Shown here: piece by piece, positions 8,743-17,675 of the stretch
How positions within the stretch are numbered: position 1 is the stretch's first letter
How the letters are laid out: each line of letters begins with the position of its first letter
Source of the DNA: Gemmatimonadales bacterium
Lineage (GTDB): Bacteria; Gemmatimonadota; Gemmatimonadetes; Gemmatimonadales; GWC2-71-9
Assembly: GCA_035310725.1 (NCBI GenBank)
Contig: DATGDT010000122.1
Span: 1-62,344 of the forward strand
Direction of reading: 5' to 3'
Length of the DNA: 62,344 bases
The notes under the pieces: model-generated
Seen by the model: the letters and a program-made list of their open reading frames with translations, nothing else
What the model was told of the DNA's origin: nothing
The model's database searches: none
Made by a program: the position numbers and the translations under genes

Positions 8743-10556
8743 TAGGCCTTGAGGCTCTTCAGCCAGGCCTGGAATTGATCCAGGTCCTCTTCCTGTTCCG
8801 GAGAGCGGTTTCGCCCAGAAGGTCGCGACGGCCGGGATCCCGGCGCCTTCCCGGCGCCCCCGGCCGCCGGGACCGTCGCCGCGCCGAAGAAGTCGTCGAA
8901 GGAGAAGCCGCCACTCGCGACCGGCAGTTTCGCGGGTTGCTCGGGAGCCGCGTCGGGTGACGCCGGCACCGATCCCCGTCCGCCTTCCTCGCCGAACACC
9001 GAGTCGAGCGAGATCGTGTCGCTCGCCGGACGCGTCGGCGTACCCGGCGCGGGCGCCTCCAGCTCGACTCGCTCCGCCGGCCCGTTGGCCTGGCCGCCGA
9101 TCTCGTCCGACGAGGGGCTCGGTGGCTGATCCGCCGGCGGTGGCTCGGCCGCGAGCACCGGCGCTGGCGCTCCGGGACGGGCGCTGAGGATTCCCTTCAG
9201 GAACGCCCCGGCTGTCTGCCCGCTGCCCGACGTACGGCCGCGGGACGGCGGCGCGGAGAGCTCGGCCACCTTGCGCCGCAGCCTGGCGTCGTCCGGCCGC
9301 TGCGACGACAGCGCCTGATAGACCTGCAACGCCTCTTCCCGATGGCCCTGCCGCAGATACAGCTCGGCCATCGTCTCCGTGACGACCGGCTCGGCCTGCG
9401 ACAACGCCGCGGTGTCTGCCGCGCCGTCATCGTCGGGGAGGCGCAAGGGGAGCGGCGCCGCCGCGGCTGCCGGGACCAGGGGCGCCTCCAGCGGCTCGGT
9501 CTCGCGTGACGGCCGAGCCGCTTCGGGCCAGGGCGCAGGAGGGGAGTCGACCTCCTCGGGCATGATGAGCGGCAGGTCGGCCACGGGGCTCGTCGCACGC
9601 TCCTCGGGCGGCTCCGCCGCTGCCGGTGGGGGCTGGTTGTCCAGGCGGAACATGCCACTGCCCTCGTACTGCGTGCGCGCCAGTCCCTCGACCTGAATTT
9701 CGGGGTCCGGGGTCAGCGCCGGCTCTTCCTCGAGCACGATGCCCTCGACCGGCCCGACATCCGCCACCTGATCGAAGTCGACGCCGTCGAAGGGCTGGAC
9801 AGCCGCTTCCGCCGGCGGCTCGGACGTGCGCTCCAGCTCGAACTCGGGCTTCTCCATCGCGGCCGTCGGTCCTTCGGAGATCCCGACATCGAACGGCCCT
9901 TCCATGTACTCGATGGACAGGCGTCGCTGTGCGGCGGCATCGGCGGGCTTCAACTCCAGCTCTTCGTGTTCCACGACGAGGGAGGTGTCTGGCGCCGGCG
10001 CGGGAGGCTCGGCCTCGTCGGAAACCTCGAGCAGCGCGGCGACCGGCTCCTCGACCGTCACCGGTTCCGGTTCAAGCGCCAGCTCCGGCAGCGGGAGCTC
10101 GACCGGCGCCGGTTCCGGAGGCGCCGGTTCCGGAGGTGGCGGCTGCGCGGCGGCTTTTCCGCGGACACGCGACAACCCATCGGCGGCCTCGCCGTTCATC
10201 GGATCCGCCAGCAACAGGCGGTTCAGCCACTCGGACGCCGCGCCGAAGCGCTCGTTCCGTTCCGAGATTTCCGCGAGGACCTTGAGGGCGAGGATGTTTT
10301 CGGGATCGAGATCGAGCACCTTGCGGAACACCGCTTCGGCGCCGGTGTCATCTTTCTTGTCAACGAGGCAGCGACCGTGGACGATGTGACCACTGACATA
10401 GTCCGGATGCAGCTGCAGTCCGGACTGGCACAGCTCAATCGCGTTATCTATAAGCCCCGCTTTGCGATACGCGTCCGCCAGCGGCGCGAAGTTCCGCCCC
10501 TTGGGATTCTCCCGGTAGCGCGCTTCGAGCTTTTCGATCTCGCTAGTGTACGCCAC
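8742..10556 (-). CDS. TPR-repeat protein with a long Pro/Glu/Ala-rich low-complexity core (function unknown)
   Basis: 604 aa with a GTG start. It has N-terminal TPR-like helices (ADAYRKAGLIDNAIELCQSGLQLHPDY...), roughly 300 aa of acidic/proline-rich sequence, a second TPR-like unit (AELYLRQGHREEALQVYQAL), and a C-terminal FSFDDFF...EDLDQFQAWLKSLKA motif. Confidence 0.75.
   Translation of the reverse strand: MAYTSEIEKLEARYRENPKGRNFAPLADAYRKAGLIDNAIELCQSGLQLHPDYVSGHIVHGRCLVDKKDDTGAEAVFRKVLDLDPENILALKVLAEISERNERFGAASEWLNRLLLADPMNGEAADGLSRVRGKAAAQPPPPEPAPPEPAPVELPLPELALEPEPVTVEEPVAALLEVSDEAEPPAPAPDTSLVVEHEELELKPADAAAQRRLSIEYMEGPFDVGISEGPTAAMEKPEFELERTSEPPAEAAVQPFDGVDFDQVADVGPVEGIVLEEEPALTPDPEIQVEGLARTQYEGSGMFRLDNQPPPAAAEPPEERATSPVADLPLIMPEEVDSPPAPWPEAARPSRETEPLEAPLVPAAAAAPLPLRLPDDDGAADTAALSQAEPVVTETMAELYLRQGHREEALQVYQALSSQRPDDARLRRKVAELSAPPSRGRTSGSGQTAGAFLKGILSARPGAPAPVLAAEPPPADQPPSPSSDEIGGQANGPAERVELEAPAPGTPTRPASDTISLDSVFGEEGGRGSVPASPDAAPEQPAKLPVASGGFSFDDFFGAATVPAAGGAGKAPGSRPSRPSGRNRSPEQEEDLDQFQAWLKSLKA
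10106..10135 (-). repeat. 2 x 15-nt perfect tandem repeat inside the TPR gene (encodes PEPAP-PEPAP)
   Basis: gcgccggttccggag occurs twice back to back. It is an in-frame low-complexity coding repeat. Confidence 0.8.
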
Positions 10557-10583
10557 GTCCTAAGTCTTTGTGGGGATTGGTGT

Positions 10584-10613
10584 AAGATAGTGCTCGGTCG
10601 CCCCGGCTGTCAA
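10584..10613 (-). promoter_or_regulatory. Candidate sigma70-type promoter for the TPR-aroQ-...-ftsK operon
   Basis: Minus strand reads TTGACA (10613-10608), an 18-nt spacer, then TATCTT (10589-10584). It lies about 28 nt upstream of the GTG start at 10556. Confidence 0.45.
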
Positions 10614-10636
10614 ATTACCGGGCGCGCTCTGCTCGC

Positions 10637-10665
10637 TTGAGATTGCTCGTTGTGGCTCTTAGACT
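10637..10665 (+). promoter_or_regulatory. Candidate sigma70-type promoter for ppiD
   Basis: TTGAGA (10637-10642), a 17-nt spacer, then TAGACT (10660-10665). It lies 40 nt upstream of the ppiD ATG at 10705. Confidence 0.4.
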
Positions 10666-10704
10666 TATCCCCCTTCGCCCCCCTCACACGGAGTACCCTG
10701 CGGT

Positions 10705-12540
10705 ATGATGCGCGCGATGCGCGAGAACACGAAATGGGTCTTCTACATCCTCGCCGTCGCCTTCATCGGCTGGCTGGTGTTCGACGTGGGGATGGGGGTG
10801 ACCGGCGGGAATTATGGCGGTGGCGACGTGGTCCTGCGCATCGACGGGCAGGCCATCCACCTGCAGCAGTGGCAAGCGGCGCTCCAGGGGGCCCTCGAGC
10901 AGGCGCGGCAGCGCGGCGGCTCCAACCTGACGCGCGAGGACGAGAAGGCCGTCGAGGACCAGCTCGTCGACCAGCTGGTGCGCGACGTGCTGCTGCAGCA
11001 CGAGAGCCGGCGACTCGGCATCACGGTGACCGATGCCGAAGTGCGCGACGCGGCGATCACGTCGCCGCCACCGGAGGCGTACTCGGTCCCCGACTTCCAG
11101 ACGAACGGGCAGTTCGACCCGAACAAATGGCGCCGCTTCCTGCAGAGCGGCGCCAACCCCGAGTTCCTGGTGCAGCTCGAGGCGCGCTACCGCGAGCAGA
11201 TCCCCCAGGCCAAGCTGTTTCAGTACATCACCGCGGATCTGTACGTCCCGGATGCCAAGCTGTGGCGCATCTACCGTGACCAGCACGACTCCGTGACCGT
11301 CGCGCTGCTCGCGATCGGGCCGGAGCAGATCTCCGATTCCGAGGCGGAGCCGACGGAGGCGGAGCTGAACCGCTATTACGACGCCCACAAGGACACGTTC
11401 AAGCGGCCGGCAGCCGCCTGGCTCAGCTTCATCGCCGTGCCGCGTCGTCCCGCCGCCACCGACTCGGCGGCGGCCCTGGCCCGCGCCGACAGCCTGCGCG
11501 CCCAGGCGGCCGCGTCGCCCGCGAAATTCGCCGAGGTCGCCCAGCACGAGTCTGCCGACACCGGCAGCGGACGGCAGGGCGGAGACCTCGGCTGGATCAA
11601 GCGCAACGAGCCGAATTTCGACTCGCTCTTCCTCGCCGGTCTGCGCGGGCTCTCGGTCGGGCAGGTGTCCCGGCCGGTGCGCTCCAGCTTCGGGTATCAC
11701 ATCATCCGCGTCGACTCGGCAAAGGGTGATTCGGTGCGGGTGCGGCACATCCTCGTGCCGATCGAGCTGGTGGGCGCCCACCGCGATTCAGTGGAGGCGC
11801 GGGCCGACAGCCTCGATCGTCTGGTGGCGGAGCGGGACAGCGGCTGGTTGCTCGACAGCGTGGCGCTCCGGCTGGGCCTCCCCGTCGGCCATGCGCCGAA
11901 GCTCGTGGAGGGCGACCGGATGCTGCTGGGTCGCTACGTAATCCCCGATGTCAGCATCTGGGCGTTCGAGCGGAAGCCCGGCGAGACCAGTCCGGTGATC
12001 GAGGGGGAGGCCGCCTATTACGTGTTCCGCCTTGACTCGCTGATCCCGGCGGGGGTCCCGCGGCTCGCCGAGGTGCGCGAGCAGGTTGTGACCGCGGCGC
12101 GCATCGAGAAGAAGAAGACGCTGTGGGCGGAGCGCGCCCGGCAGATTGCGGCGTCGCTCGCCGCAACGCCCGACCTGGTGGCGGCCGGCGCCGCCCATGG
12201 GCTGGCCGTGCAGCGGCTGGGACCGTTCTCCCGCCTGCGTCCTCCGCCGATCCTGCAGCTCGAGCCACAGGTGCTCGGCACTGCCTTCCGGCTGGGCGTG
12301 GGGCAACGCAGTGACGTCCTCATCGGCGTGAATCGCGCATTCCTTCTCCAACCCCTGGCGCGCACGTCCGCCGATTCGGCCGCGTGGTTCGCGCAACGGG
12401 ATTCCCAGCGGGAGAGCTTGATGCAGGCCGCGCGCCAGGCGCGCGTCGAAGCGTATCTCGCGGGGTTGCGGCAACGCGCGAAGATCGTCGATCGCCGCAA
12501 GGAGATCTTCCAGCCCCAAAACACGACCGCCGGCAGCTAG
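10705..12540 (+). CDS. ppiD: Periplasmic chaperone / peptidyl-prolyl isomerase PpiD-like (SurA-N plus parvulin domain)
   Basis: 611 aa. The N-terminal membrane anchor is MMRAMRENTKWVFYILAVAFIGWLVF, as in PpiD. The parvulin motif is GGDLGWIKRNE...SSFGYHIIRVD. Confidence 0.85.
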   Translation: MMRAMRENTKWVFYILAVAFIGWLVFDVGMGVTGGNYGGGDVVLRIDGQAIHLQQWQAALQGALEQARQRGGSNLTREDEKAVEDQLVDQLVRDVLLQHESRRLGITVTDAEVRDAAITSPPPEAYSVPDFQTNGQFDPNKWRRFLQSGANPEFLVQLEARYREQIPQAKLFQYITADLYVPDAKLWRIYRDQHDSVTVALLAIGPEQISDSEAEPTEAELNRYYDAHKDTFKRPAAAWLSFIAVPRRPAATDSAAALARADSLRAQAAASPAKFAEVAQHESADTGSGRQGGDLGWIKRNEPNFDSLFLAGLRGLSVGQVSRPVRSSFGYHIIRVDSAKGDSVRVRHILVPIELVGAHRDSVEARADSLDRLVAERDSGWLLDSVALRLGLPVGHAPKLVEGDRMLLGRYVIPDVSIWAFERKPGETSPVIEGEAAYYVFRLDSLIPAGVPRLAEVREQVVTAARIEKKKTLWAERARQIAASLAATPDLVAAGAAHGLAVQRLGPFSRLRPPPILQLEPQVLGTAFRLGVGQRSDVLIGVNRAFLLQPLARTSADSAAWFAQRDSQRESLMQAARQARVEAYLAGLRQRAKIVDRRKEIFQPQNTTAGS

Positions 12541-12547
12541 CCGGCGG
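12527..12547. terminator. GC hairpin between convergent ppiD and tatA (possible bidirectional terminator)
   Basis: ccgccggc-agcta-gccggcgg forms an 8-bp stem that includes the ppiD TAG stop. There is no clear U tract on either side. Confidence 0.4.
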
Positions 12548-12558
12548 ATCGCGGCGCC

Positions 12559-12792
12559 TTACTGGTTGAGGCGCTTCGGCTCTCCCCCCGACGGCGGGAG
12601 GGACGACGAGCTGGTCGGCGGTGTCGGCGGCAGGGGAGGCTGCGGCTGATCCGACGCGACTTCCTTCAGGCTCTTCTTGAACTCCCGGATCCCCTGCCCG
12701 AGCGACGAGCCGATCTCGGGAATGCGCCTCGCCCCGAAGACGAGCAGGGCGATGACCAGCAGGATCAGGATGTGCGTCATCGAGAGATCCAT
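12559..12792 (-). CDS. tatA: Twin-arginine translocase subunit TatA/E
   Basis: 77 aa: MDLSMTHILILLVIALLVFGARRIPEIGSSLGQGIREFKKSLKE, followed by a Pro-rich tail. GAGGAG lies 6 nt upstream of ATG 12792. The track shows only a longer out-of-context 214-aa ORF. Confidence 0.92.
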   Translation of the reverse strand: MDLSMTHILILLVIALLVFGARRIPEIGSSLGQGIREFKKSLKEVASDQPQPPLPPTPPTSSSSLPPSGGEPKRLNQ

Positions 12793-12803
12793 ATGCCACT
12801 CCT

Positions 12804-13076
12804 CTAGAAAAGCGATCGGGCCACGAAGTAGGCGATCGCGACCCCCAGCACCGACAGCAGCGATACCTCGAGCCCCACCGGCCCCAGGGTGATCGACAGC
12901 ACCAGGAGGTCCACGTGGACGGGGCCGAAGGTCGGCGTGACCGCGGTCGTGAAGAACTCCTTGGCGGCGCCCGCCGGAAGGAACCGCCCCAGCAGGGCAT
13001 GCAGAAAGCCGCCCAGCACGAATCCCGAAGCCAGTACGCCCAGGTAAAATAACGGACGGCGGGGACCGTGGGCCAC
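12804..13076 (-). CDS. Small membrane protein, DUF4321-like
   Basis: 90 aa with a GTG start and hydrophobic ends (YLGVLASGFVLGGFLHALLG... and LSVLGVAIAYFVARSLF). The family assignment is from memory. It starts 2 nt after the polyprenyl synthase stop and ends 11 nt before the tatA start. Confidence 0.6.
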   Translation of the reverse strand: MAHGPRRPLFYLGVLASGFVLGGFLHALLGRFLPAGAAKEFFTTAVTPTFGPVHVDLLVLSITLGPVGLEVSLLSVLGVAIAYFVARSLF

Positions 13077-13078
13077 GC

Positions 13079-14068
13079 TCAGCTCCGTCGCTCGACGGCG
13101 TACGCGATGCCGTCGCGCAGCGCCTCGCGGGCCGGCGAGGGGGGCAGCGCGCCCAGCTCCGCTTCGGCCCGCTGGGCCAGGTCGAGCGCGCGACGGCGCG
13201 CATAGTCGAGACCGCCGCCGGCGTCCACCAGGCGGATCACCTCCGCAACCTGGGCGTCGGTCGGATCCGACGTATCCATCAACTGGACGACGACCTGCCG
13301 CTCCGCCGGTGCGAGACGCTGTAACGCCGCGATCAGCGGCAGCGTCACCTTGTGCTCCTTCAGGTCCAGACCGGACGGCTTGCCGGTGACTGCCTCGGGC
13401 TGTGTGTAATCGAGCAGATCATCGGTGATCTGGAAGGCCATCCCCAGCAGCATGCCGAATCGGGCGAGCGCCTCGCGGACCGGGGCAGGCGCCGTCAGCG
13501 CCCCGACCTCGCAGGCCCCGGACAGCAGGGACGCCGTCTTCGCCCGGATGAGCAGATCGTACTCGGCTTCGCCGAAGGCCATCTTGTCGTGCGCCTCGAG
13601 CTGGCGCATCTCGCCGATCGTCATCTCGTTGGTCACGCGTGCGAACACGCGCAGCGGATCGAGGTCGCCGACCCGCACCAGCTCGATGATAGCCCGCGAG
13701 TAGAGGTAGTCGCCCATGATCACGGCGACCTGGTGGGAGAATAGGGCGTTCAGCGTCGGCATGCCGCGCCGCAGCGCCGAGTGATCCACGGAGTCGTCGT
13801 GGACGAGCGTGGCCAGATGGATCAGCTCGACCACCGCCGCCAGGGTGACCACCCGTGCGTCGCCGCCGCCCGCGGCCTGATGGCTCAGCAGGAGCAGCGT
13901 CGGCCGGAACAGCTTCCCCTTCATCCGCAGGAGATGGTCGTTCGCGTCGGCGATGATCGGGAAATCGGCGGCGATGATGCGCCGCAGCTCCGCCGCCACC
14001 CGGTCGAGCTCCGCGGCGACCGGACGCTGGATGTCCGACAACGACACCCGGATGGCCTGTTCGCTCAC
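13079..14068 (-). CDS. Long-chain polyprenyl diphosphate synthase (IspB/HepT-like)
   Basis: 329 aa. The first Asp-rich motif is LIHLATLVHDDSVDHSALRRG and the second is AFQITDDLLDY. Confidence 0.92.
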   Translation of the reverse strand: MSEQAIRVSLSDIQRPVAAELDRVAAELRRIIAADFPIIADANDHLLRMKGKLFRPTLLLLSHQAAGGGDARVVTLAAVVELIHLATLVHDDSVDHSALRRGMPTLNALFSHQVAVIMGDYLYSRAIIELVRVGDLDPLRVFARVTNEMTIGEMRQLEAHDKMAFGEAEYDLLIRAKTASLLSGACEVGALTAPAPVREALARFGMLLGMAFQITDDLLDYTQPEAVTGKPSGLDLKEHKVTLPLIAALQRLAPAERQVVVQLMDTSDPTDAQVAEVIRLVDAGGGLDYARRRALDLAQRAEAELGALPPSPAREALRDGIAYAVERRS

Positions 14069-14069
14069 G

Positions 14070-16418
14070 CTAGTGCGCCCGGGCGAGCGCTTTCACGCGC
14101 GCCCCCACATCCATGAACCGGATGTCCACGGCGAACACCCGCCCGTACAGGTCGCGCGCTTCCATCGGCTTCCCCTGCTCCTCGAGCGCCCGGGCGAGCC
14201 AGTACAGGATCCCGAGGCGCTCCTGGTCTCCCGTGGAAGGCAGCTCGAGCGCCCGGCGCAGGATCGATTCCGCGACGCCGAATGCACCTTTGTCGTGGAA
14301 GCACACGCCCAGGGCCTCCGAGGTCCGCAGCTTCCCCTCCGGGGCCCGCAACGCCTTCTGGAACTCCGCGATGGCCTCGTCGAGCAGTCCCATCTCCTTG
14401 AACGCCACCCCGAGATCGTAATGCGACTGAAAATCGGTCTCCTCGATGTTCTCGTCGATGCCCTGGCGGAAGCGGGCGAGCATTTCCCGGAAATCCTGCT
14501 CCTCGTCGCCGGTCGGCTCCTCGTCCTCGACCTTCATCCGGGAGTCGCGCGGTGCGCTCTCCTCCAGGATCATCGCCCCCAGATCGACGAAGTCGCCCGC
14601 CGCCCCCGCGGTCTCATCGCGCACCCGCATCTTCGCGTCCTTGGCGGCCACCCGACCTTCGGGCCGGGGCGGCTCGGCCGGCGCCAGCATCGCCAGCGCG
14701 GCCCGGGCCCGCTCGTTGTTCGGATCGTGCTCGGCCACGCGTTCGTAGACGGCGCGCGCCTTGTCGGCGAGATCTCCCCGCAGGAGCGTATCCGCCAGCT
14801 CGATGTACGCCTCGATGAGCTGCGTCTTGTCGCCCGACTTGTAAGCGAACTCAACCTGCTTCTGCCGGTGCCGCACGCTGTTGGGATCGAGGCGGAGGAT
14901 TTCGTCCACCAGCCCCTTCGCGTGCCTCAGATTCCCGAGCGATTCGAACCCGGCCGTCGCGATGTCGAGCTCCTCGATCCCCCGCTCGCGCTCGCCCGCC
15001 TCGATCAGCGCCTCGCCCAGTGCCTGATGCGCCTCGGCGTCGTCCGGATCGTCGGCGACGCGGGCCTCGAGCTCCTCGATCGTAGGAGCCGACGGCGCGA
15101 CTTGCGCGAGCCCGTCGAACACCAGGGCGTCGGAGCCTTCGCCCTCTTTCACCACCTCCAACCCGAGATCGAGCGACGGGGTCGTCCCTGACCCCAGGGT
15201 GGTCTCGGTCTGAACCCAGCTCCTGTCCTCCTCGGCGAGCGGCTCGTTGTCCACGTCGTGCTCGCGCTCGGTGATCGAGGTCTCCAGCTCGACCGAGTCG
15301 AAATCCGGCTCCAGCTCGAGCGGTGGGATCTCCACCACCGTCTTGCGTTTCGGCGGCGCCGCGGGCGGCTCCTCGGGCACGACTTCCGCTTCCGCGACCG
15401 GAGCCGCCTCCGCCTCGTCCGGCACGTCGAAGGCGGACACGAGCGGGAGATCGCCCAGTACGTCGATTGGCTCAGGAGTGCCGACCTCGGGCTCGGACGT
15501 CGGCTCGAGACCGGCCAGCGGGGGCGCGTCCTTCGGCAGGTCCGCGTCGCGGATCGAGGCGATCTCGCTCACGGCGTCCCGGACGTTGCCGAAATCCTCC
15601 CCCGTGGGCTCGAGCCCCTCCATCGGCTCCGCCTCTGCAGTGGGGGCCTCCTCGACCAGACTCGTGGCCTCGATGGCGCCCGGAGGCGTCGCCCGCGCCG
15701 CCACGGATGGCGGCGCCGCCGGCGCGACCGGTGGCGTGGGCGGAGGCGCGGGACGCAGCGGCGCCGCGCTCGGGCGTCCCGGCGGGACTTTGACCTTTGC
15801 AGGCTCGTCCAGATCCAGAAAGACGAGACTGGACGTCTTCCGCTTCGTCTTCTGGACGGGAGGGACGGCCGACGTGCTCACGCGTGGGGCGGAAGAACGG
15901 AGCTTCGCCTGCAGCTCGGGGCCGCCGTAGGCGCGCAGATGCTCCTCGAGCATCTCCCGCAGCTGCTCGCCCTCGGAAGAGATGTCGGCGAAATCCTTGA
16001 GTGCCTGAAACGCCTGCTGGATGGCCCCCGACTTCTGCATCCGCTCCGCGTACTCGATGAAGTTCTGCTTGGCTTCTCCCGTGAATCCTTTCGCGGCGTA
16101 CAGCTTGGCGAGCTTCAGATAGGTGGTGGGTCGGCCGGGGGCGTTCCGCAGCACCTTGTTACACATCGCGATCGCATTGTTGTGAAAGCCCAGCTCGGCG
16201 TACCGGTCCACCGCGCGGTCATAATAGTCCGCAGCCTGAGCGGGATCCCTCGCCTTGAGATACAGATCACCGATGCGATTGAAGATGCCGAGGTCGGGGT
16301 TGGGATCCCCTTCCTCGTCCTGCGCATGGAGCACGGAGAGCCAGGCATCGATGGCCGCCCGCGTGTCCTTGGCCTCGAGGAGGCGGGCCCGTTCCTTTAG
16401 CTTCTCAAGCTTCGACAT
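14070..16418 (-). CDS. TPR-repeat protein with an acidic/Pro-rich central region (function unknown)
   Basis: 782 aa. It has an N-terminal TPR block (IGDLYLKARDPAQAADYYDRAVDRYAELGFHNNAIAMCNKVL), about 280 aa of low-complexity sequence, and C-terminal TPRs (SHYDLGVAFKEMGLLDEAIAEFQKAL). ATG 16418 overlaps the hutI stop by 14 nt. Confidence 0.8.
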   Translation of the reverse strand: MSKLEKLKERARLLEAKDTRAAIDAWLSVLHAQDEEGDPNPDLGIFNRIGDLYLKARDPAQAADYYDRAVDRYAELGFHNNAIAMCNKVLRNAPGRPTTYLKLAKLYAAKGFTGEAKQNFIEYAERMQKSGAIQQAFQALKDFADISSEGEQLREMLEEHLRAYGGPELQAKLRSSAPRVSTSAVPPVQKTKRKTSSLVFLDLDEPAKVKVPPGRPSAAPLRPAPPPTPPVAPAAPPSVAARATPPGAIEATSLVEEAPTAEAEPMEGLEPTGEDFGNVRDAVSEIASIRDADLPKDAPPLAGLEPTSEPEVGTPEPIDVLGDLPLVSAFDVPDEAEAAPVAEAEVVPEEPPAAPPKRKTVVEIPPLELEPDFDSVELETSITEREHDVDNEPLAEEDRSWVQTETTLGSGTTPSLDLGLEVVKEGEGSDALVFDGLAQVAPSAPTIEELEARVADDPDDAEAHQALGEALIEAGERERGIEELDIATAGFESLGNLRHAKGLVDEILRLDPNSVRHRQKQVEFAYKSGDKTQLIEAYIELADTLLRGDLADKARAVYERVAEHDPNNERARAALAMLAPAEPPRPEGRVAAKDAKMRVRDETAGAAGDFVDLGAMILEESAPRDSRMKVEDEEPTGDEEQDFREMLARFRQGIDENIEETDFQSHYDLGVAFKEMGLLDEAIAEFQKALRAPEGKLRTSEALGVCFHDKGAFGVAESILRRALELPSTGDQERLGILYWLARALEEQGKPMEARDLYGRVFAVDIRFMDVGARVKALARAH

Positions 16419-17670
16419 TGAGCCCCAAAGATACCGGGGCCGCCAGCCTCGGACAAGCGAAACCCCCTGTGAAGACGGCGGTTACGAGGTTCGCCCCGAC
16501 CCAGTACGCGATCTCTCGCCAATCGGTCACTTCGGCGACAACGAGGTCCGCCGCGAAGCCCGGCGCGATCTGCCCGCGGTCCCCCGCCAGCCCCAGCGCG
16601 GCGGCCGCGTTCACGGTGGCGGCGAGCACCGCTTCCGCGTGGCGCAGGCCGAGCTGGGAGACGGCGAGGCTCATGACGAGCGGCAGACCGATCGTCGGGG
16701 AGCTGCCGGGGTTGAAATCCGTCGCCAGCGCCACGGCCACCCCGGCCTCCACCAGGCGGCGCGCCGGCGCCTGGCGCGCCTTGCCAAGAAAACTCATGGT
16801 CCCGGGGAGCAGCACCGCAACCGTGTCGCTTGCGGCCAGCGCGCGGACGCCCGCATCGGAGATGCTCGCCAGATGGTCCGCCGAGAGCGCGCCGAGCTCC
16901 GCGGCCAGCTCGGCGCCGCCGGAACCTTGCAGCTCATCCGCATGCAGCTTGAGCGCGAGGCCGGCGCGCCGCGCGGCCGTCAGGATCATCCGGGTTTCAT
17001 CCACGCTGAACACGGCAGGCTCACAGAACACATCGCAGCAGCGCGCCAGGTCCTCCCGGGTCACCGCGGGGAGCATCTCTTCGACGAGCCGGCGCACGTA
17101 CTCGGCCCGCCGCTCCCGGTATTCGGGCGGGACCTCGTGCGCGCCCAGGAACGTCGGTACGAGGTGGAGACCTTCCGAGGCGAGGCGGCGGACGATGCGG
17201 AGCTGCTTCAGCTCGCTTTCCAGCTCGAGGCCATAGCCCGACTTCACCTCGATCGTCGTGCTGCCGTGGTCCCGCAGCGTCAGCAGCCGGGCGCGTGCCA
17301 GGCGCTCGAGGTCCGCCGCCGGACGCGTGCGCACATCCTGCACCGACTGGAGAATGCCCCCGCCCGCCGCGGCGATCGCCTGATAGCTCTCCCCCAGCGC
17401 GCGGCGCTCGTGATCCTCGACCCTCGGAGCGCCGAAAACCGCGTGGGTGTGACAGTCGATGAAACCCGGAAACAGTGTCCCCGACACCTCCACGACTTCG
17501 ACCCCGCCACCGGGCTGCGGCGCGTCGCGGCGCGGCCCGACCCACGCGATGCGTGTGCCCTCGATCAGCACGGCGGCGTCGCGCAGGACTTCGAGCTCCG
17601 ACAGTTCGCGACCGCGGCGGGCCCGTCCCGGCCCGCGGCAGGTGACCACGGCGCGCGCGCCGACGAGCAA
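16405..17670 (-). CDS. hutI: Imidazolonepropionase
   Basis: This is the last ~421 codons of the 872-aa track ORF: PGFIDCHTHAVF...IEVKSGYGL...KLHADEL...ATDFNPGSSP. I chose TTG 17670 as the start (MLVGARAVVTC). The upstream part of the track ORF overlaps hutU out of frame. Confidence 0.9.
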   Translation of the reverse strand: MLVGARAVVTCRGPGRARRGRELSELEVLRDAAVLIEGTRIAWVGPRRDAPQPGGGVEVVEVSGTLFPGFIDCHTHAVFGAPRVEDHERRALGESYQAIAAAGGGILQSVQDVRTRPAADLERLARARLLTLRDHGSTTIEVKSGYGLELESELKQLRIVRRLASEGLHLVPTFLGAHEVPPEYRERRAEYVRRLVEEMLPAVTREDLARCCDVFCEPAVFSVDETRMILTAARRAGLALKLHADELQGSGGAELAAELGALSADHLASISDAGVRALAASDTVAVLLPGTMSFLGKARQAPARRLVEAGVAVALATDFNPGSSPTIGLPLVMSLAVSQLGLRHAEAVLAATVNAAAALGLAGDRGQIAPGFAADLVVAEVTDWREIAYWVGANLVTAVFTGGFACPRLAAPVSLGLNVEA

Positions 17671-17675
17671 GGTCC

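Noticed and set aside
10000-10200. Short tandem and near-tandem repeats (2x15 nt at 10106-10135; ADSIAA-coding repeats near 27035-27095 in pal) considered as possible CRISPR or VNTR elements
   Set aside because: They are in-frame low-complexity coding repeats (PEPAP, ADSIAA) inside genes. There are only two copies and no spacer-repeat periodicity. They are not CRISPR arrays.
12559-13203. A 214-aa ORF containing tatA at its end. A similar case is the 328-aa ORF at 43113-44099 containing nadD.
   Set aside because: The N-terminal parts overlap better-supported genes in other frames (the DUF4321-like and polyprenyl synthase genes, and bamD). Internal starts with proper N-termini, plus an RBS for tatA, fit the known protein families.
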